Positions 22,356-33,145 of a stretch of DNA of 33,145 nt are shown one piece after another (position 1 is the first letter of the stretch; each line of letters begins with the position of its first letter). The stretch is from Licmophora abbreviata (Eukaryota): contig OLMU01005261.1 of the NCBI GenBank assembly GCA_900291995.1, positions 1-33,145 on the forward strand, given 5' to 3'. A model generated the notes under the pieces. The model saw nothing but the letters and a program-made list of their open reading frames with translations, made no database searches and was not told the DNA's origin. A program made the translations under genes and the position numbers.

Positions 22356-22704
22356 CTTCGAAGACGATTCTAGGAGTAGAATACCCCGGCACTCTCAGAC
22401 AAGTGCTTCATCAACGAGGTTCAGAACTTCTCAACTTGCTTTTCCAGTACAAGACGCGTGTACAAGATCACGTTTTGCTTCGTTTCCGTCGATATGGACG
22501 GCGTCTTTTCGACTTCGAAATCCATTATCCAATACTTTTCGCAATATATTGGATACGCATAAATATTGCGTGATGCTATACTTACTTATGTGCATCTACA
22601 GTTCCAGATTAATAGGTTATAGGCCAGACCTTCCATCCTGTATCGCTTTTTCGCCCTTGACGAAGAGAGCGGCGCTGCGCAAAACTCTGTCGGCCGTCGT
22701 GACC

Positions 22705-23624
22705 ATGACGATGAACGGCGCTGCGACGATGTTGAACCGAGCAGCGTTCTACCGCAGTGTATGCTCAACGTCCGGTCACTCTAGACAGTTTGTCGTTGCT
22801 CAATGTCAATATTGGCCAGAAGAATGCAGTGCGGTCTTTGTGAGGAGCGCGAGATTTTCGACCGGGACAGAAAAGATTCTCCGGCGACCGTCGTCTTCGA
22901 GCCCGCTCGCAGGATGCAGCATGAGAGAGTTCTCGAGTCGCAGTCAGTCTACCAATGGAACACGCAATTTGCTAATGAATGAACATTTGATTAAAAGTGC
23001 TCATGAGAACCTCCTCCGCCTCGTCGGCCGAGTCGCTACAGGTGCGAATGGTAGTTGACAAGGGACGCGATACACAATCCACGGTCGAGATCGTGTCGGT
23101 GCTACAAGCAGTTAGGACTTCGCAAGATCTAGGCTTAGACCTAGTGGCAATCAACCTAGAGCAGGATCCTCCTATCATCAAAGCATTGGATTACTCAAAA
23201 TCAGAGTTTAACTCGAAGCGCAAGAGCAAACAGATGAATGCCAACAACAATAGAAACGCCAAGGCCACCAAGGAGTTCAAGTTTCGGGTACGTGCGAATA
23301 TATAGGTGGCGACATCAGATTGAATTGAAGTTGTAGACTGCGCGCTGACTGTTTTTCTTTTACTAGTCTGGTATCGCTGAAAATGACCTGCAGCGAAAGG
23401 CGCGAGACCTGCTCCACTACCTTGAAAAGGGACATCCATGTCAGATTACCGTCATGTCTAAAAAACGCGAAGTATTAGCCGATCCGATGAGCTCCAGAAA
23501 AATGGTGGAACGTATTCAGAAGAGGATTGGAGACGCGGGCGTATCGGAAAAGGCGGGCATCCAGGGCAACACTATGGGCACGTACGCCAGTCTCATTCTC
23601 CAGCCGAATAAAACTCCCAGCTAG
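22705..23624 (+). CDS. infC: Organellar (probably mitochondrial) translation initiation factor IF-3; apparent +1 frameshift at 22993-22996, intron 23288-23366
   Basis: Arg/Ser-rich presequence. N-domain LLMNEHLI...VRMVVD...LGLDLVAINLEQDPPIIKALDYSK. Splicing gives the C-domain KEFKFR|SGIAENDLQRKARDLLHYLEKGHPCQITV (exon 23367-23624, absent from the ORF track). The start codon is uncertain. Confidence 0.82.
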
Positions 23625-23682
23625 CATTATAGAATCAGTGGGCTAGCTAGCATTGACAGAGCATTTTAATAATTCCACACGC

Positions 23683-26363
23683 CTATCGATGTAGCTGGAA
23701 GTCTGAATACTCGTTGAGAACGTCAGGGTCAGACAGAAGTGGTTTCACACTCAGAATCGCCTTTTCCAGGTACGACTGACTCATTTGTGGCCCCGGCACG
23801 ATTTCGCCGTCCGCAGCCGCCAGCGCGTCTCGAAGGACAAGCATTGCCGCCTCCCTACAGGCACCGACAATTTCGGCTCCAGTCATGTTTCCAGTGACGG
23901 CGTCGCTAGAGAGGAGATCGATATCAATGATCGCTTCGTCGGTTTCCCGTCCTGGTTCTGTTTTTGTTCGACATTTCCATTGACGGCAGTGCATCTCAAG
24001 AATAGCCTTCCGAGCCTTCCTGTCTGGGGGTGGAACATAGATCACATTGTCGAATCGACCTGGACGGAGGAGCGCCGCATCCAGCGTAGAGGGTCTGTTG
24101 GTGGCGCCTAGGACAAGCACACCATCCGTCCGCTGCACATCGATTCCGTCCATTTCGTTGAGGAATGTGGAGAGCACACGCGCTTCGGCCGAGGACCCGC
24201 GTCCCGATCGCTGCATTCGATTGTCACCATTGCCACTGTTGGACCCCAAGATAGAATCAATCTCGTCAAAGAACAAGAGACAAGGTGAGGCCGATCGGGC
24301 AAGGGAGAATGCTCTCCGAACGACGGCCTCAGCCTCGCCGACATAGGAAGAAGCGTAGACGTCAGCTGGGGACAAGGAGAAGAACGCAATTCCTGCAGCG
24401 CCCGCAGCAGCTCGGGCTAATGTGGTCTTGGCACAACCTGGAGGTCCATGGAGAAGAATGCCTGTGGTACAATAGCGTCAGATTGCCAGCAATGAGCTCT
24501 ACCGCTTGGATGCAACGGCCGACAAGGAATCACCTCCAATGAAATGTGCGGCACTCACCTCGCGGCGGTACCAGCCCGACGTTCAAGAATGCCTGTCGCT
24601 TGGTACGAGGCCACTCAATAGCTCGCATCAATGCCATCTAAAGCATAAAACAAAACTTACTGTCAGGTATTCTTCCGAGAAAGAGTATTTATGCTAAAAC
24701 GTCACCTCCCAACTCCACGTACCTTTGCGCCTCCTGCATCTCCTCCAATGTCGTCCCATGTAGTTCTCGGTGGTGCTGATAGGGCAGCATCCCGCAGTGC
24801 CGATGCTCCCACATCGTGCATCGCCTGCCGTAACAAATCAGGTTCTACCACTCTTGTACCACTTTGCATTCCCAGCAGCGCTGCCCTCCGAACGAGAGCG
24901 GCCAAATCTGCCGGTACGTATCCCACACACGCATCGGCAACTTGCGCCAACGCCTCACGATCGAGCGTGTCAGATTCAGGAACAAGTGTTTGTAGCAAGT
25001 TAAGACGCTCTTCAGCATTTGGAGGAGCAAGCGCAATCTCACAGTCGATTCTGCCTGGTCGACGTAGCAACGACGGAACAGCGTCGATACGATTGGTCGC
25101 ACACACCACCACGATGCGTTGCCAGCCGCCATGATCAGTCGTCGCCGTCACCCGGTCAAGCAAGGTACCCAACATGGCTGCAATCATATTAGACGACAGA
25201 AAAGCTTCACATTCATCAATGAACAAAACGCACACACGTTCGTTGGTTTCACAGTAGTGTGCAGCCCGCACAAAGTGTCGTCCAAGCTCAATGGCCGCGT
25301 CGGCGGGTACCGATCCCGCTGACATGAGCTCAGAGCCCTGCAGCGAGATCAACATAGTTGGACCTTCCCGTTCAGCTTGTTGCACAGTAGTGCGAACAGC
25401 ATGCGTTTTTCCCACCCCCGGAGGTCCTGTGAGGAGAAACGAGCGTGGTATACTCACCATATGCATGCGCCGTATGCAACGAATCGTATCAGTCAACAAG
25501 CGTGCAGTAGGTGACGGCGAGGTATCCAACGAAGTGTCAACTGTAAGCTCATTTTGGCGTTTCAACTCGTCGTCGTCGTCCACATCAAGAAAAGTGATCC
25601 GTGTGCTTGGCATTATTAGATATAACATGGAATCTTGCATGTCTGCTCCGCTATTGGTACCTATCGCCCCGACAGACACAATGCTCAGACGATGCACAGC
25701 CCCATCCAGCGTCAAGGATACGACCGTGGAGACTTGAGAAGAAAGAAAGACCACATTCAAGCCGACCAACTGGCGTTTCAGACACGACTGCGCGAGAGGA
25801 GATAGAGGAATTGGTCTGCCGTGTTTGTCGAGAGCATGTCGCACGAACGCTATCGAACGAAGCATCTTGGGAGGGTCCACAAACTCCACCGCCCAACTTT
25901 TATCATTTGACAGAGTGGAATTCGGGTGTGTAAGCTGGATGGATGCATGGCGACTATGATCGTTTTCGTATGGCACGTCCGGCGCTGGGGGTAAAGATAG
26001 CCAGTACAGAGGTCTCAGCCGGCTCGAAGTAGTTGAAAGGATTCCTGTCAAGTCGAAACTGGAAGTATCCCCCGAGCTTTCCAGCATCTGCACGCACACT
26101 GAATCGTCCCAACAAAGGGTCACCCCATCCTCATCGCAGCGACATAAATTGCCTCGCTGTGGCCGACAAAGGGACAGCCTAGTCCTCCGTGGTGACGGCT
26201 GATGACAAGCATCATCCTCAGTTCGGAGCCAAACTATCAAGAGCGGCGACGTGTGAATTCCAAATTTGGTTTCCGAAGAATTTGGTCTACTTCGTTGACG
26301 ATCACGCAGAAGAAATCGAAATTGGCCTGGTCGCAGCGGTGGAGCATCATCAGTCGATCCCAT
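23683..26363 (-). CDS. Double-ring AAA+ ATPase of the CDC48 clan, AFG2B/SPATA5L1-like; exons 26363-24723, 24637-24559, 24461-23683
   Basis: D1 has GPPGVGKT, LFIDECE and LRRPGRID. The spliced D2 reads WDDIGG...IEWP...PPRGILLHGPPGCAKT, FFDEID, FLNEMDG, LLRPGRFD. The Walker A pair GPPGVGKT/GPPGCAKT is as I recall for SPATA5L1; orthology is not tested. Confidence 0.85.
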
Positions 26364-26845
26364 GGTGAGGGATGTGTGTCACCAGACAGTCACCTCATGT
26401 CCCCATCGTCGCCGCAACGTCGCCGCGTATCGGCGGCGTCATCTTTCTTTGGGGGGATTCATTCCATTCTTGGGCGGGACTAACGGCACAGACGAAAGAG
26501 TGAAAGTGTCTCGGGAGCCTATTTCTGTTCAACATTTGAAACACAGCCTGACAAGCACACATCTTTCTGAGTGACCCGGTGCGCGTGCATTGAGATATAC
26601 TCTTCAGATAGTAAGCTAAATAAGTTTAATATCATATTTATTTTCCTTTCGGTTCATTACCCAACATTCCGAGTAAAAAACAAGGAGTGAAGAAGACAGC
26701 CACAAAATTTCCAAACACGCAACATTTAACATTTTTGCACTTCACCGTTCCCGCCGTTGGCGACGTCGTCATTCGCACTCATTGCTGCCGTGAACTTCCG
26801 CTCTCCCGTCCTTCCTCTTTGCGTTCGACGATATAGGAGAGTACA

Positions 26846-28261
26846 ATGGCTTTGAGGAGACGCGCGAAACCGCCTTCGCCGCAGTCGCAGCCGCAGCAGG
26901 GTCCGTCGTCGCCGCGAGTGGCGCCAAAACTGACTTTCTCATTGCCCTCGATCTTCTTCTTATTCGTCTGCTTTACTCTCACTGCGCTGGTGCTCCGAGA
27001 CACACTGTTTGCTCCAGATGAAGTGACCGATTTCATCGACGATGAACTCCAGGAGGAAATGGCCATCATGGGGAAAGCGCCGATTAATGAGCTTCTTGAC
27101 CTTGAAGACATCCCGGGGGAACTCCCGGATAGTTTTGATTCGGGCGAGGAAGAAATGCTGGAGCCGCGGAAGAAATACAAGAGGCCAGCTAAGAAGGATG
27201 TGAAGAAAGCTGGAGTCCGAGGAGCATCGGTTGAGGAGGTGAAGCATGTGGAAATTCAGCAACCCGTCGACGAGAAACAGGCGCAAGCGGATGAGATGCA
27301 GGCTGGTGCTGTCCCAGAAGGACTCAAGGATGTACCCGTTCCCGATGAATCATGGTTGCCACGAAGGGAATTCATCGATACACCTGCTACAAACTGGAAC
27401 TGTAGCGTCCACAACTGCGTCCCAGTGTCTGGAAGCGACTATATCTATGATTCGAGTCACTTTGATTCGTCTCCTGTCGTGGTGGAGTCGCACAAGCTCG
27501 TCTTCTTCCTCCAGACCAAACTCAGCTGTTCCATATGGAAGCAGCTGTTCCGACGAATGAAGGGTTTCGAGGACTGGAACTCGGACATGAATCGAGCCTT
27601 GATTCATGTGAACGAGCGAACCAACGGACTTACGTACTTGCACCACTACACGCAAGAACGAGCAACTGAGATTATGAACTCCCCCGAGTACACGCGAGCC
27701 ATCTTTGTCCGCGATCCCAAGGATAGACTACTTTCATCATATTTGGACAAGACGATGCGTGATAAGGAATACATGCCCAAGTACTGTTGTAACAAACTAG
27801 ACCCGGAGCATCAGGCGGATTGTGTTGAGAAAGCACACAGCTCGCTGGCAGGCTTTCTCGAGATCACTCGAACCGTCTGTCCCTTTGACGAGCATTGGTT
27901 TCCACAGGGCAAGCGAGTCGACAAGCAATTCTTACCGCTTTTGAACTTTGTTGGTCATCTGGATACTCTTCAGCAGGACGCGAAGCGGCTACTCGACAAG
28001 CTTGGCGCTTGGGAGGAGTACGGAGCAGACGGCTGGGGCTGGGCCGGCAATCAGGCAATATTCGATAAGAAAGCACACGCCACTTCTCCTCAAACGGAGA
28101 GCGCGGCCGCGAAATGGCACAGGCTAGCAGAGCATTATACGCCTGAGCTCGAGAAGGCGGTTGAAGAAGTATACGCCTCGGACTATGACGCCATTGAGTA
28201 TGGTCTGCCGAGGAGACGGTTTTTTGACGAAGACGGAAAGATCACCCCGTACCAGCCCTGA
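26846..28261 (+). CDS. Golgi type II membrane carbohydrate sulfotransferase (Sulfotransfer_2 / CHST8-14-like)
   Basis: N-terminal TM and acidic stem. 5'-PSB FFLQTKLSCSIWKQLFRRM, 3'-PB FVRDPKDRLLSSYLDK, plus HWFPQ and FVGHLD. Confidence 0.88.
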   Translation: MALRRRAKPPSPQSQPQQGPSSPRVAPKLTFSLPSIFFLFVCFTLTALVLRDTLFAPDEVTDFIDDELQEEMAIMGKAPINELLDLEDIPGELPDSFDSGEEEMLEPRKKYKRPAKKDVKKAGVRGASVEEVKHVEIQQPVDEKQAQADEMQAGAVPEGLKDVPVPDESWLPRREFIDTPATNWNCSVHNCVPVSGSDYIYDSSHFDSSPVVVESHKLVFFLQTKLSCSIWKQLFRRMKGFEDWNSDMNRALIHVNERTNGLTYLHHYTQERATEIMNSPEYTRAIFVRDPKDRLLSSYLDKTMRDKEYMPKYCCNKLDPEHQADCVEKAHSSLAGFLEITRTVCPFDEHWFPQGKRVDKQFLPLLNFVGHLDTLQQDAKRLLDKLGAWEEYGADGWGWAGNQAIFDKKAHATSPQTESAAAKWHRLAEHYTPELEKAVEEVYASDYDAIEYGLPRRRFFDEDGKITPYQP

Positions 28262-28642
28262 AGTAGCTACTAGCTATTATAGAGAGACGCACATTAAGGT
28301 GTACTTAGACGATACGCCTCCCGTAACAGGTGCGGCAACGATAGCTAGGGTACCCGTACCACTTGGTTGGTAGAGCTTCGCCGACACGTGCCGGTCGCCG
28401 GCACCCTCAAGCAGCTGCAAGACTAGGTGCGCACAGCGCGCTATATTGGCGCCACGCCCTTCTTGTGAGTGAAGAGGGAGGCAAAACACATGTGCGCAGT
28501 CCTTCTCGCAGCCTCACCACAACACAAGCATTGCGCTGATGCAGGCTTCGCTGTGCCCGCGTTCTTTTCTCGCATACTCTCCCCGCCGAGCCATTGATAT
28601 TGATTTCGTCTATTCTGAAGATCCGCGTTTGTGTGTTGCATC

Positions 28643-29794
28643 ATGGTTTTACCTAGACTACGAACTCACAGACGGGCAGCACCGAGATTTGCGATGATAG
28701 TATCTAGCGTCGCCTTGGCGTGTTTTTCCATAGGCGGACTTGTCGTGTTCACTCGACTTGAAGGCACACCACAGACCCGAGGGACACTCATGGAAAGTCT
28801 GTCTTCTTCAAAACAACCATGGAAACAACGGAGAGAATTCATTGATACACCCGCCACGAGCTGGAACTGCGCTGAGCACAAGTGCGTCCCCGTAGAAGAC
28901 ACGGACTACATTTACGGTGGCCACGGCTTCGACTCTTCCCCATTTGTTGTTGAGTCGCACAAACTTGTTTTCTTTGCCACTTGCAAAGTCAGTTCGTCCG
29001 CTTGGAAGAAGCTATTCCGCCGGATGAAAGGCTACGCCGACTGGAGAGGCGAGGGCAATCTGGCTCATGTGCACGAGAAAACAAACGGACTCACGTACTT
29101 GCATCATTACACCAAGGAACGCGCCACGGAAATCATGAACTCTCCCGAGTATACGCGGGCTGTGTTCGTCCGAGACCCTAAAGATCGACTTCTTTCTGCT
29201 TATTTGGACAAAACAGATCCCAAGAGAGACTACATGGACAAGTATTGCTGCAACAAATTGCCGCCAGCGCAACAGAAAGAGTGCGTCGAGCGTGCTCGGA
29301 GTTCGTTGGCCGGGTTTGTTAACGTAACCCATTCAGTCTGCCCCTTGGACCCGCACTGGATTCCGCAGGGTACCCGAATAGATGCGAAGTTCGTGCCGCT
29401 ACTGAACTTTGTTGGCAACGTGGAAGACCTAAAAGTAGACGGCAAACGTCTGCTCGACCAGATCGACGCCTGGGAGGAATTTGGAAAAGCAGGATGGGGA
29501 CAGGGCTGGTGGGGTAAGGTGTGGTCCAATTACTTCCCAATGTTTTCATCCAAACAGCACTCGACGTCTCCCGTAAAGGAGGATCAGAATTGCAAGTGGC
29601 AGAGATTGTCGAAATATTTCACCCCAGAACTTGAAAAGCTTGTGGAAGAGATATACGCCTCGGATTACAGTGTCCCTCAGTACAACTTGACCAGAAGACG
29701 CTTCTTTGACTCGGATGGCAATTCGCTGCAATACGATGGTTCAAGTATGAGCAAGAGCTCTTTGTGTCGCTTGGGGTGGCTCGGCATTGGATAG
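28643..29794 (+). CDS. Carbohydrate sulfotransferase, tandem paralogue of 26846..28261
   Basis: ATG at 28643. TM IVSSVALACFSIGGLVVF. Motifs FFATCKVSSSAWKKLFRRM, FVRDPKDRLLSAYLDK and HWIPQ. Long near-identical blocks with the upstream copy (TNGLTYLHHYT.ERATEIMNSPEYTRA). Confidence 0.88.
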   Translation: MVLPRLRTHRRAAPRFAMIVSSVALACFSIGGLVVFTRLEGTPQTRGTLMESLSSSKQPWKQRREFIDTPATSWNCAEHKCVPVEDTDYIYGGHGFDSSPFVVESHKLVFFATCKVSSSAWKKLFRRMKGYADWRGEGNLAHVHEKTNGLTYLHHYTKERATEIMNSPEYTRAVFVRDPKDRLLSAYLDKTDPKRDYMDKYCCNKLPPAQQKECVERARSSLAGFVNVTHSVCPLDPHWIPQGTRIDAKFVPLLNFVGNVEDLKVDGKRLLDQIDAWEEFGKAGWGQGWWGKVWSNYFPMFSSKQHSTSPVKEDQNCKWQRLSKYFTPELEKLVEEIYASDYSVPQYNLTRRRFFDSDGNSLQYDGSSMSKSSLCRLGWLGIG

Positions 29795-29873
29795 TGATGT
29801 CTATTCATCGTGCAGTTCTGATACCGCAGAGAAGTTTACCTATGGCATTTACCTTTTGTAACGTGTGCACCCA

Positions 29874-31265
29874 TTACAGCTTTTTGTCCTGCCACCGTAG
29901 CCATGCCTCCCAGACCAACAGCCCATCCGGGACATAGTCCCACTCCCCGCTCTCCGGATACCCTTCTATCATCGCATCAATATCTCCTTTGCACTCTTGT
30001 TGAAGCGCATAAGGCTGCATCCCCGGCCACGTTCTGGACGTCACCATGCGTTCTATACACAGCCTGGCAGATTCGACGACCACATCGTATGGCACAAACG
30101 AGCCCCAAGCAACCTCTTCTTCCTGCCACGAAATCTCATCTTGCTTTGAATCATCAAACGTACAACAAAAGACCGTCACGACACATCGATTGTACGACGT
30201 ACAAATCATGCAATCAAACAGAGGTTCCGAGAGCGCCTCGTCGGTGAGAAGAGCCCTTGGCAGACCCAATTCCTCTGCCACTTCTCGAGCTGCCGTCGTA
30301 CGGGCATTTTCGTGAGCACCCGAGACGCCACCTACGAACATGTCATACAAGGAAGGAAAGATGCGTTTCGAATCGGTGCGACGATGAACGTACAAATCGG
30401 GGTACGAGGCACGTCTGTTGGGAGAGTGTGCGCGAGTATCCTTGGTAACTACCACACCAATACCGCGGTGCAAGAGGTTGAAAGAGTGTACCAGTGGTCG
30501 AGGCAACACACCAAGCATCTCGCCGTGTTGTGTTACCATCTCTACCAGTTCGACTGTTGACGTGTCCAACAAAGGCGCAAAGAGTGCCCGGACATTTTCT
30601 TCCGAGGACACATTGTCCAAAGTTATGGAATTCTCGCCTGGAAATGAGATTGTCCACGATGACGATGATGGACGTGCTTTCTCATCACCATCAGGTACCT
30701 GCCGTCTCTCCAATCGTTGGACCATGACACGAAGAAGCACTGACACCAGAGCAGAGTCGATACTACCACCACCATTGCCGGCGGCTGCCGCGCAAATGAT
30801 CCTGTCGTTGTCAATGCTACTACAAATGAGGGAAATACGTTCGCTCGCAGAGCCCATCAGCGGGGTGTAGCTTTGAAGCGCCAGCGTCGCCTTTGCTCCT
30901 TCCGGCAATGAACTCTGGGCCGATCCTTGTTGTACGGCATCTTCAATACGAGTCAAGAACCACCGCTCATCCAGATTTCCTGACATTGCAACCTCCACGA
31001 GGTAGGACGATGCCAGTGAGAGTCTCTGTCCGGATAAGGACATGTTGATTCCGCCGTATGTCGTGGCCTGCTGCTGCCGCCGCCGATGCTGCCGTAGTAT
31101 TTTTGAGTTCATCACCATCATCATCGAACGACGACCACAGGGAATGGCAAAAGTCTGATACGCAAATGAGTCCGCTGACGAAAGCCGCCAGGACCAGAGC
31201 ATGACGATCGCTGAAAATGAGCACATTTCTCTACTCAATTGTACAATATGAGGTCTCCGCATCAT
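29874..31265 (-). CDS. Nudix hydrolase (YfcD/IDI-like fold), possibly plastid-targeted
   Basis: Nudix box GGVSGAHENARTTAAREVAEELG, with upstream LLHRGIGVVV and HRRTDSKRIFPSLYDMFVGG. Possible signal peptide ending ADS|FAY if translation starts at ATG 31226. Confidence 0.82.
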   Translation of the reverse strand: MMRRPHIVQLSREMCSFSAIVMLWSWRLSSADSFAYQTFAIPCGRRSMMMVMNSKILRQHRRRQQQATTYGGINMSLSGQRLSLASSYLVEVAMSGNLDERWFLTRIEDAVQQGSAQSSLPEGAKATLALQSYTPLMGSASERISLICSSIDNDRIICAAAAGNGGGSIDSALVSVLLRVMVQRLERRQVPDGDEKARPSSSSWTISFPGENSITLDNVSSEENVRALFAPLLDTSTVELVEMVTQHGEMLGVLPRPLVHSFNLLHRGIGVVVTKDTRAHSPNRRASYPDLYVHRRTDSKRIFPSLYDMFVGGVSGAHENARTTAAREVAEELGLPRALLTDEALSEPLFDCMICTSYNRCVVTVFCCTFDDSKQDEISWQEEEVAWGSFVPYDVVVESARLCIERMVTSRTWPGMQPYALQQECKGDIDAMIEGYPESGEWDYVPDGLLVWEAWLRWQDKKL

Positions 31266-31514
31266 GGTCACAACGAAGAATCATCTCATCAAAAATAGAC
31301 ATCAACAAAGTTTGAAGTTTTGACAACTCCGACTCAACTCAACTTGCCTCCAATGCGCGCTAAAAAAGAGTAAAGTCTTTCCGAAAGCTCGTGATCTCGG
31401 ATTTTCGGTGTCGCCGTTTGTGCACACAACAAGAACCATGGAGAACTTTGTAGTCTAACGCGTCGTCGATGGCCACACTCTACGAACAAGCTCCACATTG
31501 AAGGAACCGCGACT

Positions 31515-32681
31515 ATGCTGGGCGTGCCACTGCGGTGGATTCGGATCATGCTGATTCGAATTCAGGAGAAATTGGCCTTCCATGGCTGGCGTGAATACCC
31601 TCAGTTTTCCACCAACAAGGTGAGTACAACTTACGCTTGTTTTGGAAAGAGTGCCATATCTGTGGCTTGTACAGGGTCTGAGAAAGATTTATGTTCTCAA
31701 ATTTTCTCGATTCATCTTTCGACGTAGGGTCTGGGGCGAGTAGCTCTCCTGGGAACGATCCTTGGGATAATCTGGGGCATACATTTTCTGTTGATTGTGT
31801 TACTGACGTGCCATCGGTGTGGACTGCTTTCCTTGGAAGAAATCGAATCTGCATTGGGCAAGGATCGTTTGGTGCTCTTTTGGCAGTGGTGTGCGCACGT
31901 GATACTTCTCTGCACCTTTCATCTGTCTGAATTCTTTGTTACAGTTGTGTACAATCCATCGGTGGTGTCTTCCGACTCGTACCTCGTGAGTCACTCGACG
32001 GCCTACACCGCAGCAGCATTGGTACGTATGCCAGGCTGCGGTGTTGTATTGAAGGAAGACAAGCTGCTCGTCATATCTGAACCAAAATATTGAATTGTTT
32101 CATCTGCAGCTCTCTTGGATTGAGTTTTGGACTCGCTTTTGGTTTCTTCCCTTCGTCAACAATGGTTGGGTGGCGTGGGTGGGGCTTGTCATGGTGGTTG
32201 CCGCAGAGATCCTACGTGTCCTTGCTATGATGACGTGCGGTGAGAGTTTCAACCACCTTATTCAAACATCAAAAAAGGAAAATCACGTCTTGGTTACACA
32301 TGGCATGTACGTATAGTGTGTTGTGGAGGACGGCGGTGGCTCTCTCTCGTCATCGTATGCGAATGGAGATTTCCATATTTGCTGACGGTCCTTGTCGTGC
32401 GTGCCCTTCTATTCCACACACACAGCTACTCGATCTTTCGGCATCCATCGTACGTGGGCTTCTACTATTGGGCCGTTGGAACCCAGTTTGTCCTCTGTAA
32501 CTTTGTACATATGGTCCTGTACGCCGTAGTCGCGTGGATCTTTTTCAACCGTCGGATACCGTTTGAAGAACAGTCGTTGCTGATTCATTTCCCCGAAGAG
32601 TACCCGCAATACGTCGCCCGCACGTGGATGGGCATTCCTTTCATTCGATCGAGAATACGAACGCCATCATCGACAAGCTAG
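31515..32681 (+). CDS. ICMT: Protein-S-isoprenylcysteine O-methyltransferase (ICMT/STE14); exons 31515-31619, 31728-32021, 32110-32306, 32426-32681
   Basis: Motifs FHLSEFFVT, SYLVSHSTAY, LRVLAMMTCGESFNHLIQ, spliced HVLVTHGI|YSIFRHPSYVGFYYW, RIPFEEQSLLIHF and YVARTWMGIPF. Three GT-AG introns have compatible phases. The first exon is less certain. Confidence 0.92.
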
Positions 32682-32757
32682 CAGAATCATGTATGCACGC
32701 AGATTCTTCTTCTAATAATATCAGTATAGAAACGATTCCCACAGACGATCCTGTTCT

Positions 32758-33145
32758 CTAAAAACGCCCCATACCCAGACCGCTTCCTTGACTCGCATCT
32801 CCCCGACTGCGCTTACGGCGCAAATCTTCGTGGACACTGCTGGGACTTTTCATCGGCCAGGCCGCCGCTGCCTCGCGTTCACCACTACCCCTGCGAGACG
32901 GGTGCGCCCAAAACTTGCGGTCTTTGTCATATGACTCTCGAAGGACCCGCTTCTCGTCTTTCATCTGCTGGATAGCCGCTGAACTTTGCCATTGAAGACG
33001 CTGTAGTGTAGCAAGCATGCTAGGGACAGCAGTACTGACATGGACATCCCGTGCCATGCATGGAGGACCGTCTGCGTGAACCGACACCAAACATAATGTC
33101 TTTGTTTTCTGACACAGTTTGCCTCTCAAGATATTGGCATAGACG
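32758..33145 (-). CDS. 3' end of an unidentified gene running off the window
   Basis: The frame is open from the window edge to TAG at 32758 and converges on ICMT with a 76-bp gap, like other gene pairs here. No recognisable motif. Confidence 0.5.
   Translation of the reverse strand, partial: VYANILRGKLCQKTKTLCLVSVHADGPPCMARDVHVSTAVPSMLATLQRLQWQSSAAIQQMKDEKRVLRESYDKDRKFWAHPSRRGSGEREAAAAWPMKSPSSVHEDLRRKRSRGDASQGSGLGMGRF

Noticed and set aside
29874..30560. Calling the Nudix protein an IPP isomerase (idi)
   Set aside because: It has a complete Nudix box and lacks the TNxCCSHP-type catalytic Cys motif of type I IDI.
24..33129. Numerous 60-220 aa ORFs overlapping the called genes on other frames or strands
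   Set aside because: These are expected by chance in ~50% GC coding DNA and show no motifs or independent support.

Overview
This is gene-dense eukaryotic nuclear DNA with short GT-AG introns, most consistent with a pennate diatom (frustulin-type C-E/A-G-D-C-D domains, ASAFAP-like plastid presequences, RxL motifs); the taxon is inferred. It holds about 17 protein-coding loci: two tandem M14 zinc carboxypeptidases, NOL12/RRP17, a reading frame broken by two in-frame TGA codons, a dynamin-related protein, a small putative plastid protein, COP9 subunit CSN2, an atypical importin-alpha-like ARM protein, CEBPZ/Mak21, a six-exon ~1087-aa frustulin-domain cell-surface protein, organellar IF3, an AFG2/SPATA5L1-like AAA ATPase, two tandem sulfotransferases, a Nudix hydrolase, ICMT/STE14 and a truncated ORF at the right edge. 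I saw no RNA genes, mobile elements or CRISPR arrays. The most notable observations are: the chimeric frustulin gene with an 18-nt micro-exon and a GC-AG intron; an importin-alpha paralogue with no IBB domain, a degenerate major NLS site and a C-terminal Cys/His cluster plus poly-Lys tract; a carboxypeptidase ending in a cystine-knot-like module; the double-TGA frame; and single-base frameshifts in CSN2 and IF3 that are probably assembly errors. All family calls come from motif recognition by eye, without database searches.
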